From positions 173,886 through 237,885 of the forward strand of contig JAWOEX010000010.1 in the NCBI GenBank assembly GCA_046482545.1: a stretch of DNA of 64,000 nucleotides, given 5' to 3'. Below are positions 19,307 through 28,721 of the stretch, piece after piece. The position numbers were made by a program, and so were the translations under genes. The notes under the pieces are model-generated. The model saw only the letters and a list, made by a program, of their open reading frames with translations. It was not told the DNA's origin and made no database searches. The DNA comes from Candidatus Thorarchaeota archaeon. GTDB taxonomy: Archaea > Asgardarchaeota > Thorarchaeia > Thorarchaeales > Thorarchaeaceae. How positions within the stretch are numbered: the stretch's first letter is position 1; every line of letters begins with the position of its first letter.

Positions 19307-20544
19307 TCGGCATCAACCCTGCATAGCTTTAGCAATGGTTCTAGTGTTGTTCCGACTTTGATTTCGACTTTCTCGCCAAAAGCTTTCCGGAGATCCTTCT
19401 CAATTCTAATTTTGTAGAGTTTGACCTTCTTGAGTTGTTTGATGATATCATCGCGCACCCGCAGCAAATCATTCTTGTGGTATTCCAAATTCTTCTTTGC
19501 TTCCTCGAGCTGTTCCTTCAGTTCGTCTCTACGAGCGTATACGTCTGAATCAGCGTATTCTCGCCGCTTTCGTTCAATTTCTTTTGCTTGTTCCTGAAAC
19601 TCAAGAAGAGCACCACCCTCGATTTTCTCTGCTTCCTCAACAGCCCGACGCATTAGCCGGTCTTTCAGAGGAAAGGCCTCTTTCTCAACCGCTGCTTTCA
19701 AGCCCTTCAAACCGGAGATGAGATGTGGGTATCCGTCGGGATCATTGACAATAGCTTCGTATGGGTCCTCGAAATAGTCATTGAGGGCTCTTTGGCCTTG
19801 AGGGGGAACTCGGACCCCAGTATCATGTTGTAGAAACTTCTTCACAGGCTTCTTCAGGGTGTTGAGCTGCATTCTCAAGACTGTTGCTAGGTGTTGAGCA
19901 TCGTCATCAAGGGTTAGTAGGTCTGCCACATTAGAACTTTCCTTAAATTCGTTGAACTCCTTCTCAGCATCTTCGTATTCTTCAGCCGCGGTTTTAATCT
20001 TGCTTCGCTTTAGACGAATCTCCTTCTCAAACTTCTCACGGCTGTGGGATAAATCACGCAACGTACTAATGCGGTCACCGATTCGTTCAACGGCTCGCAC
20101 CCACTTGTATTCGTATAGCAACTTGCCTATCTTCTTGACTTCAACGGAGAGCTCTTTCATCATTCTATCTAGCTGCTTGATGATACCCTTGTAGCTTGTA
20201 TCCATACGTTTAATCCATCTTGCTCCTGCGCCCCAGATGTCTTCGATTAGGTGGCGAATCTCTTCCTGCATCTCCTCAGTGCTTTCGTGTGTTATCTCCT
20301 CTTCGACATCAAAGTCAGCCACAACATCGTCTATTTTTCGAGCGAATCTGGTGGCTATAGCAGTGGATTCTTCATCATCATCTTCGCTCTCTTCCAGCAA
20401 TTCTTCGGCAAGTAGTTCCATGTCTTTCAGGGTTCGGTCGACAGACTCGTAGCTCTTCTTGGCCTCTTCGCGGAAATCACTGGATTTCTCTGCAAGTTGT
20501 TCCCGATACCAATCATCGAGCTCCCCTAAATCAAGTTTCTTCAT
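19303..20544 (-). CDS. Coiled-coil hypothetical protein
   Basis: 413-aa E/K-rich helical ORF overlapping the dtdA start by 4 nt. Confidence 0.85.
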   Translation of the reverse strand: MKKLDLGELDDWYREQLAEKSSDFREEAKKSYESVDRTLKDMELLAEELLEESEDDDEESTAIATRFARKIDDVVADFDVEEEITHESTEEMQEEIRHLIEDIWGAGARWIKRMDTSYKGIIKQLDRMMKELSVEVKKIGKLLYEYKWVRAVERIGDRISTLRDLSHSREKFEKEIRLKRSKIKTAAEEYEDAEKEFNEFKESSNVADLLTLDDDAQHLATVLRMQLNTLKKPVKKFLQHDTGVRVPPQGQRALNDYFEDPYEAIVNDPDGYPHLISGLKGLKAAVEKEAFPLKDRLMRRAVEEAEKIEGGALLEFQEQAKEIERKRREYADSDVYARRDELKEQLEEAKKNLEYHKNDLLRVRDDIIKQLKKVKLYKIRIEKDLRKAFGEKVEIKVGTTLEPLLKLCRVDAD

Positions 20545-20714
20545 GCAGCTTACACCTAATCGAGTTAAGGGCCTTTGTGAAGTTTATCAACTTTGTGAAG
20601 GGCCAACGATTGTTGCAGATTCATGTGCCTTACATAGGGCAATATGAAGGGGATTAGTAACATAGACTTATATCGGCTCTCAGACAGCCGGTCTCAATGA
20701 ATTAGTGATTAATC

Positions 20715-21521
20715 ATGTCTGAAACTCTGAAAACAGGAAATAAAGTCCCGCGACTGGACGTGGTCTACCGCGTCGAGTGCTCGTCATGAGGCAAAGGTCG
20801 CAGGGGGTTCTACGTTAAAGAGCTCAGCTTAGTAGATTCAGATGGGTCAGAGAATCAGCTACTACGGAATCCTGCTGGATACAAGAGCGGATTTTGGACT
20901 TCATTCATAGTGGGTGATACAACATCCATGACAGAATCGACAGAGGAGATGGATGTCTTCAAAATCGAGAAGATAGATGAAAAGGAAGGGTCAGTCAGAG
21001 TGCATCTGAAATATACATCCGATGAAATGGAGGACCTTCACCTTGACTTCGAAGTGGATCTCTGGACCTTTGAAAAGACATTCATGCTCATGAGGTATAC
21101 TACAACAAATAGGAGCTCTAAGACGCTGGAGGACTTCAAAATCTATTACTTCATGGATTTTGATGTAGGAGGACCAAAGAGCTACAAAGATGATATGGGC
21201 AAGTATGACGCAGAGAAGCAAGTGATGCATCTCTGGGATGAAAACCCTTTGCATGTAACTCTTAGCTCTTCCAGTGACCTGGATGGATGGGAAATTTCTT
21301 CGCCGACTAGGCTCAAGATACAAGAAGATAATCGAGACCTGAAGAAGAATACGACGCTCGGTCCCCGAGACATAGCAGGAGCTCTCCAATGGAATTTGGG
21401 TAGTTTAGAGACGAATGAGAAACAATCTGTAGAAGCCCTTGTGACAGCAGCAAAGACCAAGGAAGAAGCCTTCAAGCGGATTTCTGAAGGATGGGACTGG
21501 ATAAACCGGAACCTACGATGA
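20715..21521 (+). CDS. Candidate selenoprotein, 268 aa, CxxU motif (UGA at codon 25), probable beta-sandwich body
   Basis: ATG20715 is in frame with ORF 20910-21521; the only interruption is TGA 20787-20789 in ECSS*GKG; a SECIS-like hairpin sits at the stop codon. Confidence 0.78.
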
Positions 21522-21555
21522 CGCCGGTATGTAAAGCCTAGCAGTACCGGTGGAG
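21518..21555 (+). promoter_or_regulatory. Eukaryote/Lokiarchaeota-type SECIS element
   Basis: ATGAC-GCCGGTAT-gtAAAgcctagca-GTACCGGT-GGAG: AUGA...GA core, 8-9 bp stem, AAA in the apical loop. Confidence 0.75.
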
Positions 21556-21589
21556 TACGGAGTTGCCCTCCGTTGTGTTCTGATTTGAA

Positions 21590-21627
21590 ATAAAAAAGAG
21601 CAGAAGGGGTTAGGCCCCCTGTCTGCC
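21590..21627 (-). terminator. Hairpin plus T-tract for the minus-strand gene
   Basis: aaaaaa-gagcagaagggg-ttagg-cccctgtctgc. Confidence 0.5.
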
Positions 21628-22065
21628 TTAGTCTAAATGCTCAGCCAGCAACTTTGCGCTACCTGTAAGTCGGGCCGAAAGGCCCTTGTGCTCTGAGTTG
21701 CCGCCTTCTAGCAAGCCCATATCCATCAACGACCGAAGATTCCACTTGGCAGTCGAATATGGTACTTCTGTCTGTTCCGATAATAAATCAGCGAGACCAG
21801 TTACTGTTAGGTCATGGTATCTCAATAAATCCGCACTCTTCTGGAGTACGTATTTCTGAGTGGCAGATAACCTCGCCTCTGCCAAATCACGGAATGCTTG
21901 TACCAAGCTGCGAAAAGTAGGCCTGTCGCTTTCCCTATGTTGAGGACAGGCTTCACAAGTGGTTGCGCAGCTGGAGAATGCACTCTCCTCGCGACTCGAT
22001 TTCGTAGTCACCTTCTGCTGCGCCGACCTGACGCTGATGGGCAGGCAATGTAGACGTAGATTCAC
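21628..22065 (-). CDS. Winged-helix protein; 5' end possibly frameshifted
   Basis: LSATQKYVL...TVTGLADLLS...VPYSTAKWNLRSLMDMGLL; the SD-preceded ATG22072 is in another frame. Confidence 0.7.
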   Translation of the reverse strand: MNLRLHCLPISVRSAQQKVTTKSSREESAFSSCATTCEACPQHRESDRPTFRSLVQAFRDLAEARLSATQKYVLQKSADLLRYHDLTVTGLADLLSEQTEVPYSTAKWNLRSLMDMGLLEGGNSEHKGLSARLTGSAKLLAEHLD

Positions 22066-22226
22066 TACCCATTTCGATTTGTCACCTCATGTTTCTATTA
22101 GATTAAGTCTCAATAGAATCTATCCGGTTATAAACTTAATCAGGGCGCGAATAAAGGAAAGTCCGTAGGATCAGTGACACAAAAAATATGGGCTCTGATA
22201 GCCGCCTTCGAGACCATATCAGCTAA

Positions 22227-22721
22227 TCATCGCATCTCTTCGGGTATATGCCGACCCTGTTCACGTAACTTCCCAAATCCCTCGCTGTAGAGGCTCATGT
22301 GATGGCGTATATCTTCTTCAATCTCTGCAAGCTTTTCAAGGTGTATCTGAACCACCTCCAGACCCTCTTCATCATAATCGTCTATCATATGTGTGAAAAC
22401 ATCGCTCATTTGAAGCATGGATTCCTCAAGGCGAATACTCAGGTCAATCATTGATTGGACGGTGTGAATAGATTCCTCTTCAGATAACTGAGCCATAAAG
22501 TCCTCAAGCGCTATCCGGGCTTGTCGAGCACTATCGATTCTACCTGGTATAACCTCATTGCGCATGGTATGCATCCACCCCAAACGCTCACTGTGGGTAA
22601 GAGTCCGTAGCTCTTTGATTGAGAAATAGGTGGTCCATGGAGCGAACTCGGAACTCTCGTACTCTATCCAGTCTTCGAAAGCATCGATAACTAGTGCCCA
22701 ACCATCTTCGGAAGCTGACAT
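22227..22721 (-). CDS. Hypothetical acidic helical protein
   Basis: Likely start MSASEDGW (22721), which avoids overlap with the divergent gene. Confidence 0.75.
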   Translation of the reverse strand: MSASEDGWALVIDAFEDWIEYESSEFAPWTTYFSIKELRTLTHSERLGWMHTMRNEVIPGRIDSARQARIALEDFMAQLSEEESIHTVQSMIDLSIRLEESMLQMSDVFTHMIDDYDEEGLEVVQIHLEKLAEIEEDIRHHMSLYSEGFGKLREQGRHIPEEMR

Positions 22722-22785
22722 ATCACATCTGATACTTGGTGAACATCCAAGGTTATAAAACTGAACCCAAATCTTTGCCATACCA

Positions 22786-23475
22786 ATGAACCAGCAATCC
22801 ACTGACATAATGCTTGACATTCTGGAGAAATGCAAGGAAGATGACCGCATTCCCAATCCAGAGGAGAATCATACTCGCTTTCTGATGGCAAATGGTATGG
22901 GTCAGAGAGAAGGAGAGGAATGGAAAATATCCAGAGAAGAGAGAATAGACATCGCAATGGCCTTGATGGCAGAGGGTGTTGACGCAGAGAAAGTTGTCCA
23001 GCACATGACTTGGAAAGACTTCGAAGGGCTTGTGGCTGGAATCCTTGAGCGGAATGGTTATCGGTGTACCGAAAGTTTCCGGCACGTTGGCAATGAAGAT
23101 GTCAACGGCATGGAAATTGATGTCATCGGAGTCAAGGGAAGAACAATCCTTTCCGTGGATGCTAAGATGTGGGGAATTCGAAAGGGGAAGGCTTCCGCCC
23201 TCAAATCGGCAGCGGAAAACCAGTTCAAACGAACTAAGCGTCTGAGAAATCAACTTGATGTTGTTTCTGAGAAAGTCGGAGGGTTGAAGTCAGGGAACTA
23301 TGAGTTAACACCTGTACTAGTGACATGGTTCGTAGAGGAGATTCGGTTCCATGAAGGTATACCGATGGTTCCTGTGTTCAAGCTCAACTCTTTCGTGTTG
23401 GAATTGGACAGATATCACAGCCTTATCAAGCACATGGAGTCATCCTTTGCTGGTGATCAGCAGACACTCCAATGA
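22786..23475 (+). CDS. PD-(D/E)XK restriction-endonuclease-like (Mrr/NERD) protein
   Basis: WKDFEGLVAGILERNGY, EIDVIG, VDAKMW. Confidence 0.85.
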   Translation: MNQQSTDIMLDILEKCKEDDRIPNPEENHTRFLMANGMGQREGEEWKISREERIDIAMALMAEGVDAEKVVQHMTWKDFEGLVAGILERNGYRCTESFRHVGNEDVNGMEIDVIGVKGRTILSVDAKMWGIRKGKASALKSAAENQFKRTKRLRNQLDVVSEKVGGLKSGNYELTPVLVTWFVEEIRFHEGIPMVPVFKLNSFVLELDRYHSLIKHMESSFAGDQQTLQ

Positions 23476-23601
23476 TTCAGGGGAAAATAGCGGGCATAAT
23501 CAATTACCCGGGCGGTTCTACTGCTAGCAGTGAGCTTCACCTTTTTATGGTGACATGTTCCCCCATCAGATAGTACTAACGGAAGAAATGAGGTAAAGCC
23601 A

Positions 23602-24498
23602 ATGGCGAGAAAGAAGTTCGGCCTAGTCTATCACGAGAACGTGAATAACTGGGCTACACGAAGTCTGAAAGAGAAGATAGAAGAGAAGGGACATGAAGCA
23701 AAGCCATTTCGACTAACCGATGTTGCGGCGCAGGTACCCAATCGATTCACCTACTTAGACGAGGAAGACATCTCCGATATGGATGGAATCGTGCTTAGAA
23801 CTGTCGGCTTTGGTACAGGCGACCAAATCACCTTCCGAATCAGCCTCTTAGAACACTTTGAGGATGCTGGCATCTATGTGATGAATCCAGCGTACGCGTT
23901 CCGCCGAGCCAAGGATAAATATGCTACGTTGACAGCTCTCCACAAGGCCGAGGTACCTGTTCCACGAACGTATATCGGAGAGAATCTGGAAGCAGCTATC
24001 GATTTTGCTGAAGAAGTTGGCGACGTAATCATCAAGCCACTTATTGGAGCCCGAGGCTTGGGGGCAATCAGATCAGAGAATACTGCATTGGCATACCGTG
24101 CGATGAAATTCGTTCATCAACTTGGACAGGTTCTCTATGTACAGGAAACCATCCAGAAACCTGGTCGGGATATACGAGCCTTTGTCATAGGAGATGAAGT
24201 AGTAGGAGCTATGTATCGCTACCTGCCGGAGAATAAGGAAGACGAGTGGAGAACTAATGTTCATACGGGGGGGAGAGCAGAGGAAACGGAGCTGAGTGAG
24301 GAATATGAAGAATGTGCAATCAATGCAGCTCATGTTTTGGGGCTCGACTACACAGGGGTGGACATCTTGGAATCTCCCGATGGACCCTATGTCATAGAAG
24401 CGAATGCTGCTCCGTCATGGAGTGCACTATCCAGAGTCACAGGATTGGATGTTGCAGATATGATAATCGACAAATTGATTGAGAAGGCGAGCAAGTAA
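23602..24498 (+). CDS. RimK/LysX/MptN family ATP-grasp ligase
   Basis: DKY, IIKPLIGARGLG, YVQE, RDIRAFV, WRTNVHTGG, GVDI, EANAAP. Confidence 0.93.
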   Translation: MARKKFGLVYHENVNNWATRSLKEKIEEKGHEAKPFRLTDVAAQVPNRFTYLDEEDISDMDGIVLRTVGFGTGDQITFRISLLEHFEDAGIYVMNPAYAFRRAKDKYATLTALHKAEVPVPRTYIGENLEAAIDFAEEVGDVIIKPLIGARGLGAIRSENTALAYRAMKFVHQLGQVLYVQETIQKPGRDIRAFVIGDEVVGAMYRYLPENKEDEWRTNVHTGGRAEETELSEEYEECAINAAHVLGLDYTGVDILESPDGPYVIEANAAPSWSALSRVTGLDVADMIIDKLIEKASK

Positions 24499-24685
24499 TT
24501 CGGTTTTAATCAAGTGTAGTTTAACCCTCGTGACGCAATCACCAATTGCTGGACTGTGAATATTCCAGCGGAAATATGTATCTTTAAAAATCACTTTCAT
24601 TGCCTAGAAATCCCGCTGCGAGTACGCCGAAGCATAGCAAGTCCAACAATCACATCGATTAGTACGACCAATCTGAGGACTTTCC

Positions 24686-25024
24686 ATGACCAAACATGCG
24701 GCAACACGGCATCATGAGAACTGTGCAACCTGTGACCAAAGCTATTGTATTAGATTTTACAAAAGCGAAAAATGCCCCTTTTGTGATATGGCTGAACAAA
24801 TTCTCATCGAGAGTATAGCGGACTATGGTATCATAAGAGAGCAAATCTTAGAAGTTGATCTGGACGAACACGTGAATGATGAGAAGTATGATTTTCCTGG
24901 TCTGCCGGCCATAGAAATCTGCGATTCATACATATTTGGTATCCCGCAGACAGATAATATCGACGATTTGGTAAGCCGCATGTTGCACAAAGTCTGTTTT
25001 GCGAAACCAAAAAACCCGCGCTAA
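24686..25024 (+). CDS. Thioredoxin-like protein (CPFC); paralog of 63220-63579
   Basis: FYxSExCPFC...GLPAIEIC...FGIP. Confidence 0.75.
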   Translation: MTKHAATRHHENCATCDQSYCIRFYKSEKCPFCDMAEQILIESIADYGIIREQILEVDLDEHVNDEKYDFPGLPAIEICDSYIFGIPQTDNIDDLVSRMLHKVCFAKPKNPR

Positions 25025-25767
25025 TTCGCAGTCATTTTCGTAAGAATTTTCTCGATTTCATCTTCTTTGAGAAGCGTGAATTGTCGGTCATCCACATTGA
25101 TACGACCAATATCGATTGTTTCAGCCTTTTCTTTGGGGTCGATTTCTGCTTCTTCTCCTTCGGCTCTAAGTAGTCCTTCCAGAGCCAGTTCCTGGACAGC
25201 ATCCAAGTCCATATTTGGCTCGTACTGCTCATTGAAGAAATCGCGAATGACATCGGATTCCTTGCCTATAGCTGTTGCCTTCCAACCCCAGAAAGAACCT
25301 GAGGGGTCAGTTGTGTAAAGCTGTGGTCCATGAAAGTCAACTCCTCCAACTAGCAGAGAAACGCCAAATGGTCGAACGCCACCATACTGGGTATGCATTT
25401 GCTTAGTATCACAAATATTAACGACCAAAGAGTGCACGGATATGGGTTCTTCATAGCTGAGGCGGTTCACTTGAGCTTGAACCCGGGCTTGGTCTATCAG
25501 TTTTCTAGCGTCAGCGTGTAACCCTGCTATTGCTGTTCCAACATGATCATCAATCAGCAATATCTTCTTCAAAGTCTTCAAATCAACGAGGCTATGCGGT
25601 AATCTTTTTTCACCCGCAAGTACTACACCGTCTTCTCCTTTTACACCGACGGCCAAAGGACCATGTCTGACGGCCTCAGTAGCGTACTCAACCTGATAGA
25701 GGCGGCCTTCTGGACTGAAGACTGTTATTGCCCTGTCGTAACCCATACTTCCTTGCTGTGGGAACAT
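25021..25767 (-). CDS. psmA: Proteasome alpha subunit
   Basis: YDRAITVFSPEGRLYQVEYA signature; RPFGVSLL; TDPSG. Confidence 0.97.
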   Translation of the reverse strand: MFPQQGSMGYDRAITVFSPEGRLYQVEYATEAVRHGPLAVGVKGEDGVVLAGEKRLPHSLVDLKTLKKILLIDDHVGTAIAGLHADARKLIDQARVQAQVNRLSYEEPISVHSLVVNICDTKQMHTQYGGVRPFGVSLLVGGVDFHGPQLYTTDPSGSFWGWKATAIGKESDVIRDFFNEQYEPNMDLDAVQELALEGLLRAEGEEAEIDPKEKAETIDIGRINVDDRQFTLLKEDEIEKILTKMTAN

Positions 25768-25866
25768 GTTTTGATAACACTCCGAAATTGTAAGATACTA
25801 ACCAGTAATTGTCTGGACAATTGGACGCATCAGGCTGGCAATATAGGTATTTCTATACGATAAACG

Positions 25867-26562
25867 TTATCTCCATTGGTACTTTAGCTCTATCCCACTG
25901 GGCATTTTATCCTCGATACCGGCTAAGTCGTCCAAATCAGGCTCTTCCAGGCCTTCAGCTTCATCTTCACGTATACCTGCGGATGCAACGTAATTCTGTA
26001 CCAGATAGTCTCCAGAGTATCCAAGAGCGTCAAGGGTCTCTCCAATGCAAACTAAATCGTCGGGAGTCATCAATCCACCGACGTATGTAGTACGCGGCCA
26101 CAGCTCAACATCAGAATCTAGAACAATTTTAATGCTCTCTGCAACCTTTGGCCACCAATCCGTCTTGGTTCTCGTTACAGCTTGGTATGTGTCTGGGGAA
26201 CTTTTTACATCCAGCCAGACAGAATCCAAGCAGGATATGCACTCCTGAAGGGTTTTTGGAACAGAACCTTGCGTATTTAGATTAATGTGGCCACCAGGTC
26301 CTTCCTTTAGAGCCCTAGTCAAGTCAACAAGCCCTTTCTGAATTGTTGGTTCACCACCAGTAATGCAAAACCCGTCGATTAGATTCCCTTCTGTGGAAGA
26401 TACAATCTCTTGCACAGACATTTTCTTTCCAGAATCTAGCGGAAGAAGCTCAGCGTTATGGCAATAAGGGCAGTCGAAGTTACAGCCCGCTGTGAATATC
26501 ACAGAGACAGGAATCTTTGGCACATCTACTAGGCTTAAGTCAAGAATAGAACCAATCCGCAT
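25867..26562 (-). CDS. Radical SAM, anaerobic ribonucleotide reductase activase-like
   Basis: GCNFDCPYCHN, ITGGEPT. Confidence 0.9.
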   Translation of the reverse strand: MRIGSILDLSLVDVPKIPVSVIFTAGCNFDCPYCHNAELLPLDSGKKMSVQEIVSSTEGNLIDGFCITGGEPTIQKGLVDLTRALKEGPGGHINLNTQGSVPKTLQECISCLDSVWLDVKSSPDTYQAVTRTKTDWWPKVAESIKIVLDSDVELWPRTTYVGGLMTPDDLVCIGETLDALGYSGDYLVQNYVASAGIREDEAEGLEEPDLDDLAGIEDKMPSGIELKYQWR

Positions 26563-26711
26563 TGTAAGATTGCCTCATCTGGAGCAGACTATACCCAATT
26601 ATATCTATGTTCATAATGAAGAATGAAAACTGTGGGTAATTGGTGGAGAACTTTTTCTAGAACATTAATATATCATATTCAATCATCAGAGGGCATGGGG
26701 ACACATTAGGA

Positions 26712-26993
26712 ATGGAAACACAAGCTGCATTAGAACACTCAGAAATACTAGATGGTACATTATTTCATATCCAGGTCAATCACTGCCAATATATTGACGA
26801 CTTCCCGGAGGAGGTCGCTAATGTCTTCAAGGAGAATATGAGTGGTCATCTCGTCAAAGACTTTGACACAATCAAGGATGACCTCAAAAAAATCGACACG
26901 AACTTCTTCAAAATTAACAAAAGCCGAATCAACAAGAATGAATTCTACAAATCACTTTATGAAAGGATAACCAAGCGTGCTAAAAGGGCATAA
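26712..26993 (+). CDS. Small hypothetical protein
   Basis: 93-aa ORF filling the gap, AT-rich promoter upstream. Confidence 0.6.
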   Translation: METQAALEHSEILDGTLFHIQVNHCQYIDDFPEEVANVFKENMSGHLVKDFDTIKDDLKKIDTNFFKINKSRINKNEFYKSLYERITKRAKRA

Positions 26994-27041
26994 TGCAAAT
27001 CTGCCCGAGATTCGTACCATAAATGGCCTACCTATAGGGAT

Positions 27042-28469
27042 TTAACTCTCGACCAGAGGTAGTGTCAAGACGAACTTGGCCCCCTCTGTGACCTTGCCAG
27101 GAACTCGATCCTCTATGCAGATGCTACCACCATGTTTCTTTATCATCTGAGAAACGAGCATCAGGCCAACACCCCTTCTGCGTTTGTTAGTATCGAGAAT
27201 CTCCTCCTTTCGAGGGTCGCTGATTCCAGGACCATTATCAGCTACTGCTATCTCGACAGAACCATCAGTTACCTCAACTTCAATCCATATCTTTTTCTCT
27301 GGCTTGGGATTGTGATAGACGGCATTCTCAAGGATATTCCATAGCATGTCACCCAGTAAATCATCAGCAAGCACTTGAATCTCTTTATCCAACCCCTTAG
27401 TGATTACTTCGACACAATGGACGCGTTTGAGAACTTGCGTTCGATATGCAATCACGTCAGTAAGATTCACCTCATGCCGCGGCAAATCTCTAAGCTGACT
27501 TATACGCTTGACTTTCGTTATGAGACGATTACAAAGTTCGACTGATTCCAGAATGTCATCCCTAGCTTCACGAACATAATATCGGGGTAAATCACAGTCG
27601 ACCAAACCGGCTGCTGTCATGATAACCTGAAGCTGATTGGCTATGTCGTGGGTAAGCAAATCGAGATAGAAGCGCTGAGTCTGCTCCATCTCTTTGAGTG
27701 AGCTTACATCAGTCACCACTGCAAAGGATCCAACGTAATCGCCATTTTGACCGAAGTAGGGTGTTGCCGATATAATAGTAGGCACCTCTTCCCCCTGACT
27801 GTTCAGCCAAGTGACCTCATAACGGCCCTTCTTTCCCTTTCTTCTCTTCTTCGCTCTTCTAAGGGCCATTTCTTTGTCTTGGTCTTGTGTGAACTTCATC
27901 CACTTCTTGCCCATGATATCTTCTCTATCATAACCAAGCATATCACAGAAAGAATCATTTGCAAATATAATCCGGTCATCATCATCGTTCATAATGATGC
28001 CTTCATTCATTGTCTCGACCAGTATTCTATTCCGTCTCTGGGCTTCTCTTAAGGCTCGCTTGTCCGTTTCCTGCTGAGTAACATCAAGAACATGGGCAAT
28101 GCTCTTCAGATTTCCTTGACTATCTTGTGCGAGTTCCACACGTGCCTCAAGTGTAACAGGAGATTGATTCTTACGCTTCAGACGAAATTTGTAGACGGAA
28201 GGGGGACTACCACCCTGCCTGCGAATCTCAAAGCGTTTCGATACAAGATCTCTGTCTTCGTCGACAACTAATGGCCTGAAATCGTGGCCAACGAGATCCT
28301 CCTTCGTGCCCCCGAAAATTCTGCACGCTTCTCTGTTTGCGTATTCAATCTCATAAGATGAGTTGATGATTACAATACCATCATGGGAGTTATCTATCAT
28401 TGCTTTCAATACTTCATCCTCAGGCGAAAAATCACCGATTTCTTCTGAGGCTTCCTCATCTTTGGTCAT
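27042..28469 (-). CDS. PAS-PAS sensor histidine kinase
   Basis: Two PAS/PAC domains; THDIAN H-box; NILENA, DNGPGI, GVGL. Confidence 0.93.
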   Translation of the reverse strand: MTKDEEASEEIGDFSPEDEVLKAMIDNSHDGIVIINSSYEIEYANREACRIFGGTKEDLVGHDFRPLVVDEDRDLVSKRFEIRRQGGSPPSVYKFRLKRKNQSPVTLEARVELAQDSQGNLKSIAHVLDVTQQETDKRALREAQRRNRILVETMNEGIIMNDDDDRIIFANDSFCDMLGYDREDIMGKKWMKFTQDQDKEMALRRAKKRRKGKKGRYEVTWLNSQGEEVPTIISATPYFGQNGDYVGSFAVVTDVSSLKEMEQTQRFYLDLLTHDIANQLQVIMTAAGLVDCDLPRYYVREARDDILESVELCNRLITKVKRISQLRDLPRHEVNLTDVIAYRTQVLKRVHCVEVITKGLDKEIQVLADDLLGDMLWNILENAVYHNPKPEKKIWIEVEVTDGSVEIAVADNGPGISDPRKEEILDTNKRRRGVGLMLVSQMIKKHGGSICIEDRVPGKVTEGAKFVLTLPLVES

Positions 28470-28721
28470 AACATCAGAGCACTCCTCTGAATCATTTGCT
28501 TCACGAATTGACTCTCGCTCATCACAAGTATTATTTGCATGTAGACGCGGCTCAAGACTATGCTTCCATTGCGGGCTATACGAAGCAATGATGCCTTAAT
28601 AGGCTTGTGAGTTCATGTGAAACACGAAGTATACAACCCCAACAGATTAACTTTTCTAAGGCACGTGCATTCCCATTATCCAAGCAGTATGCTCTCAAAC
28701 AGGGGCATATAGCAAACTAGG

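Noticed and set aside
20910-21521. 203-aa ORF starting at GTG20910
   Set aside because: An upstream in-frame ATG, the CxxU motif and the SECIS favour the 268-aa reading
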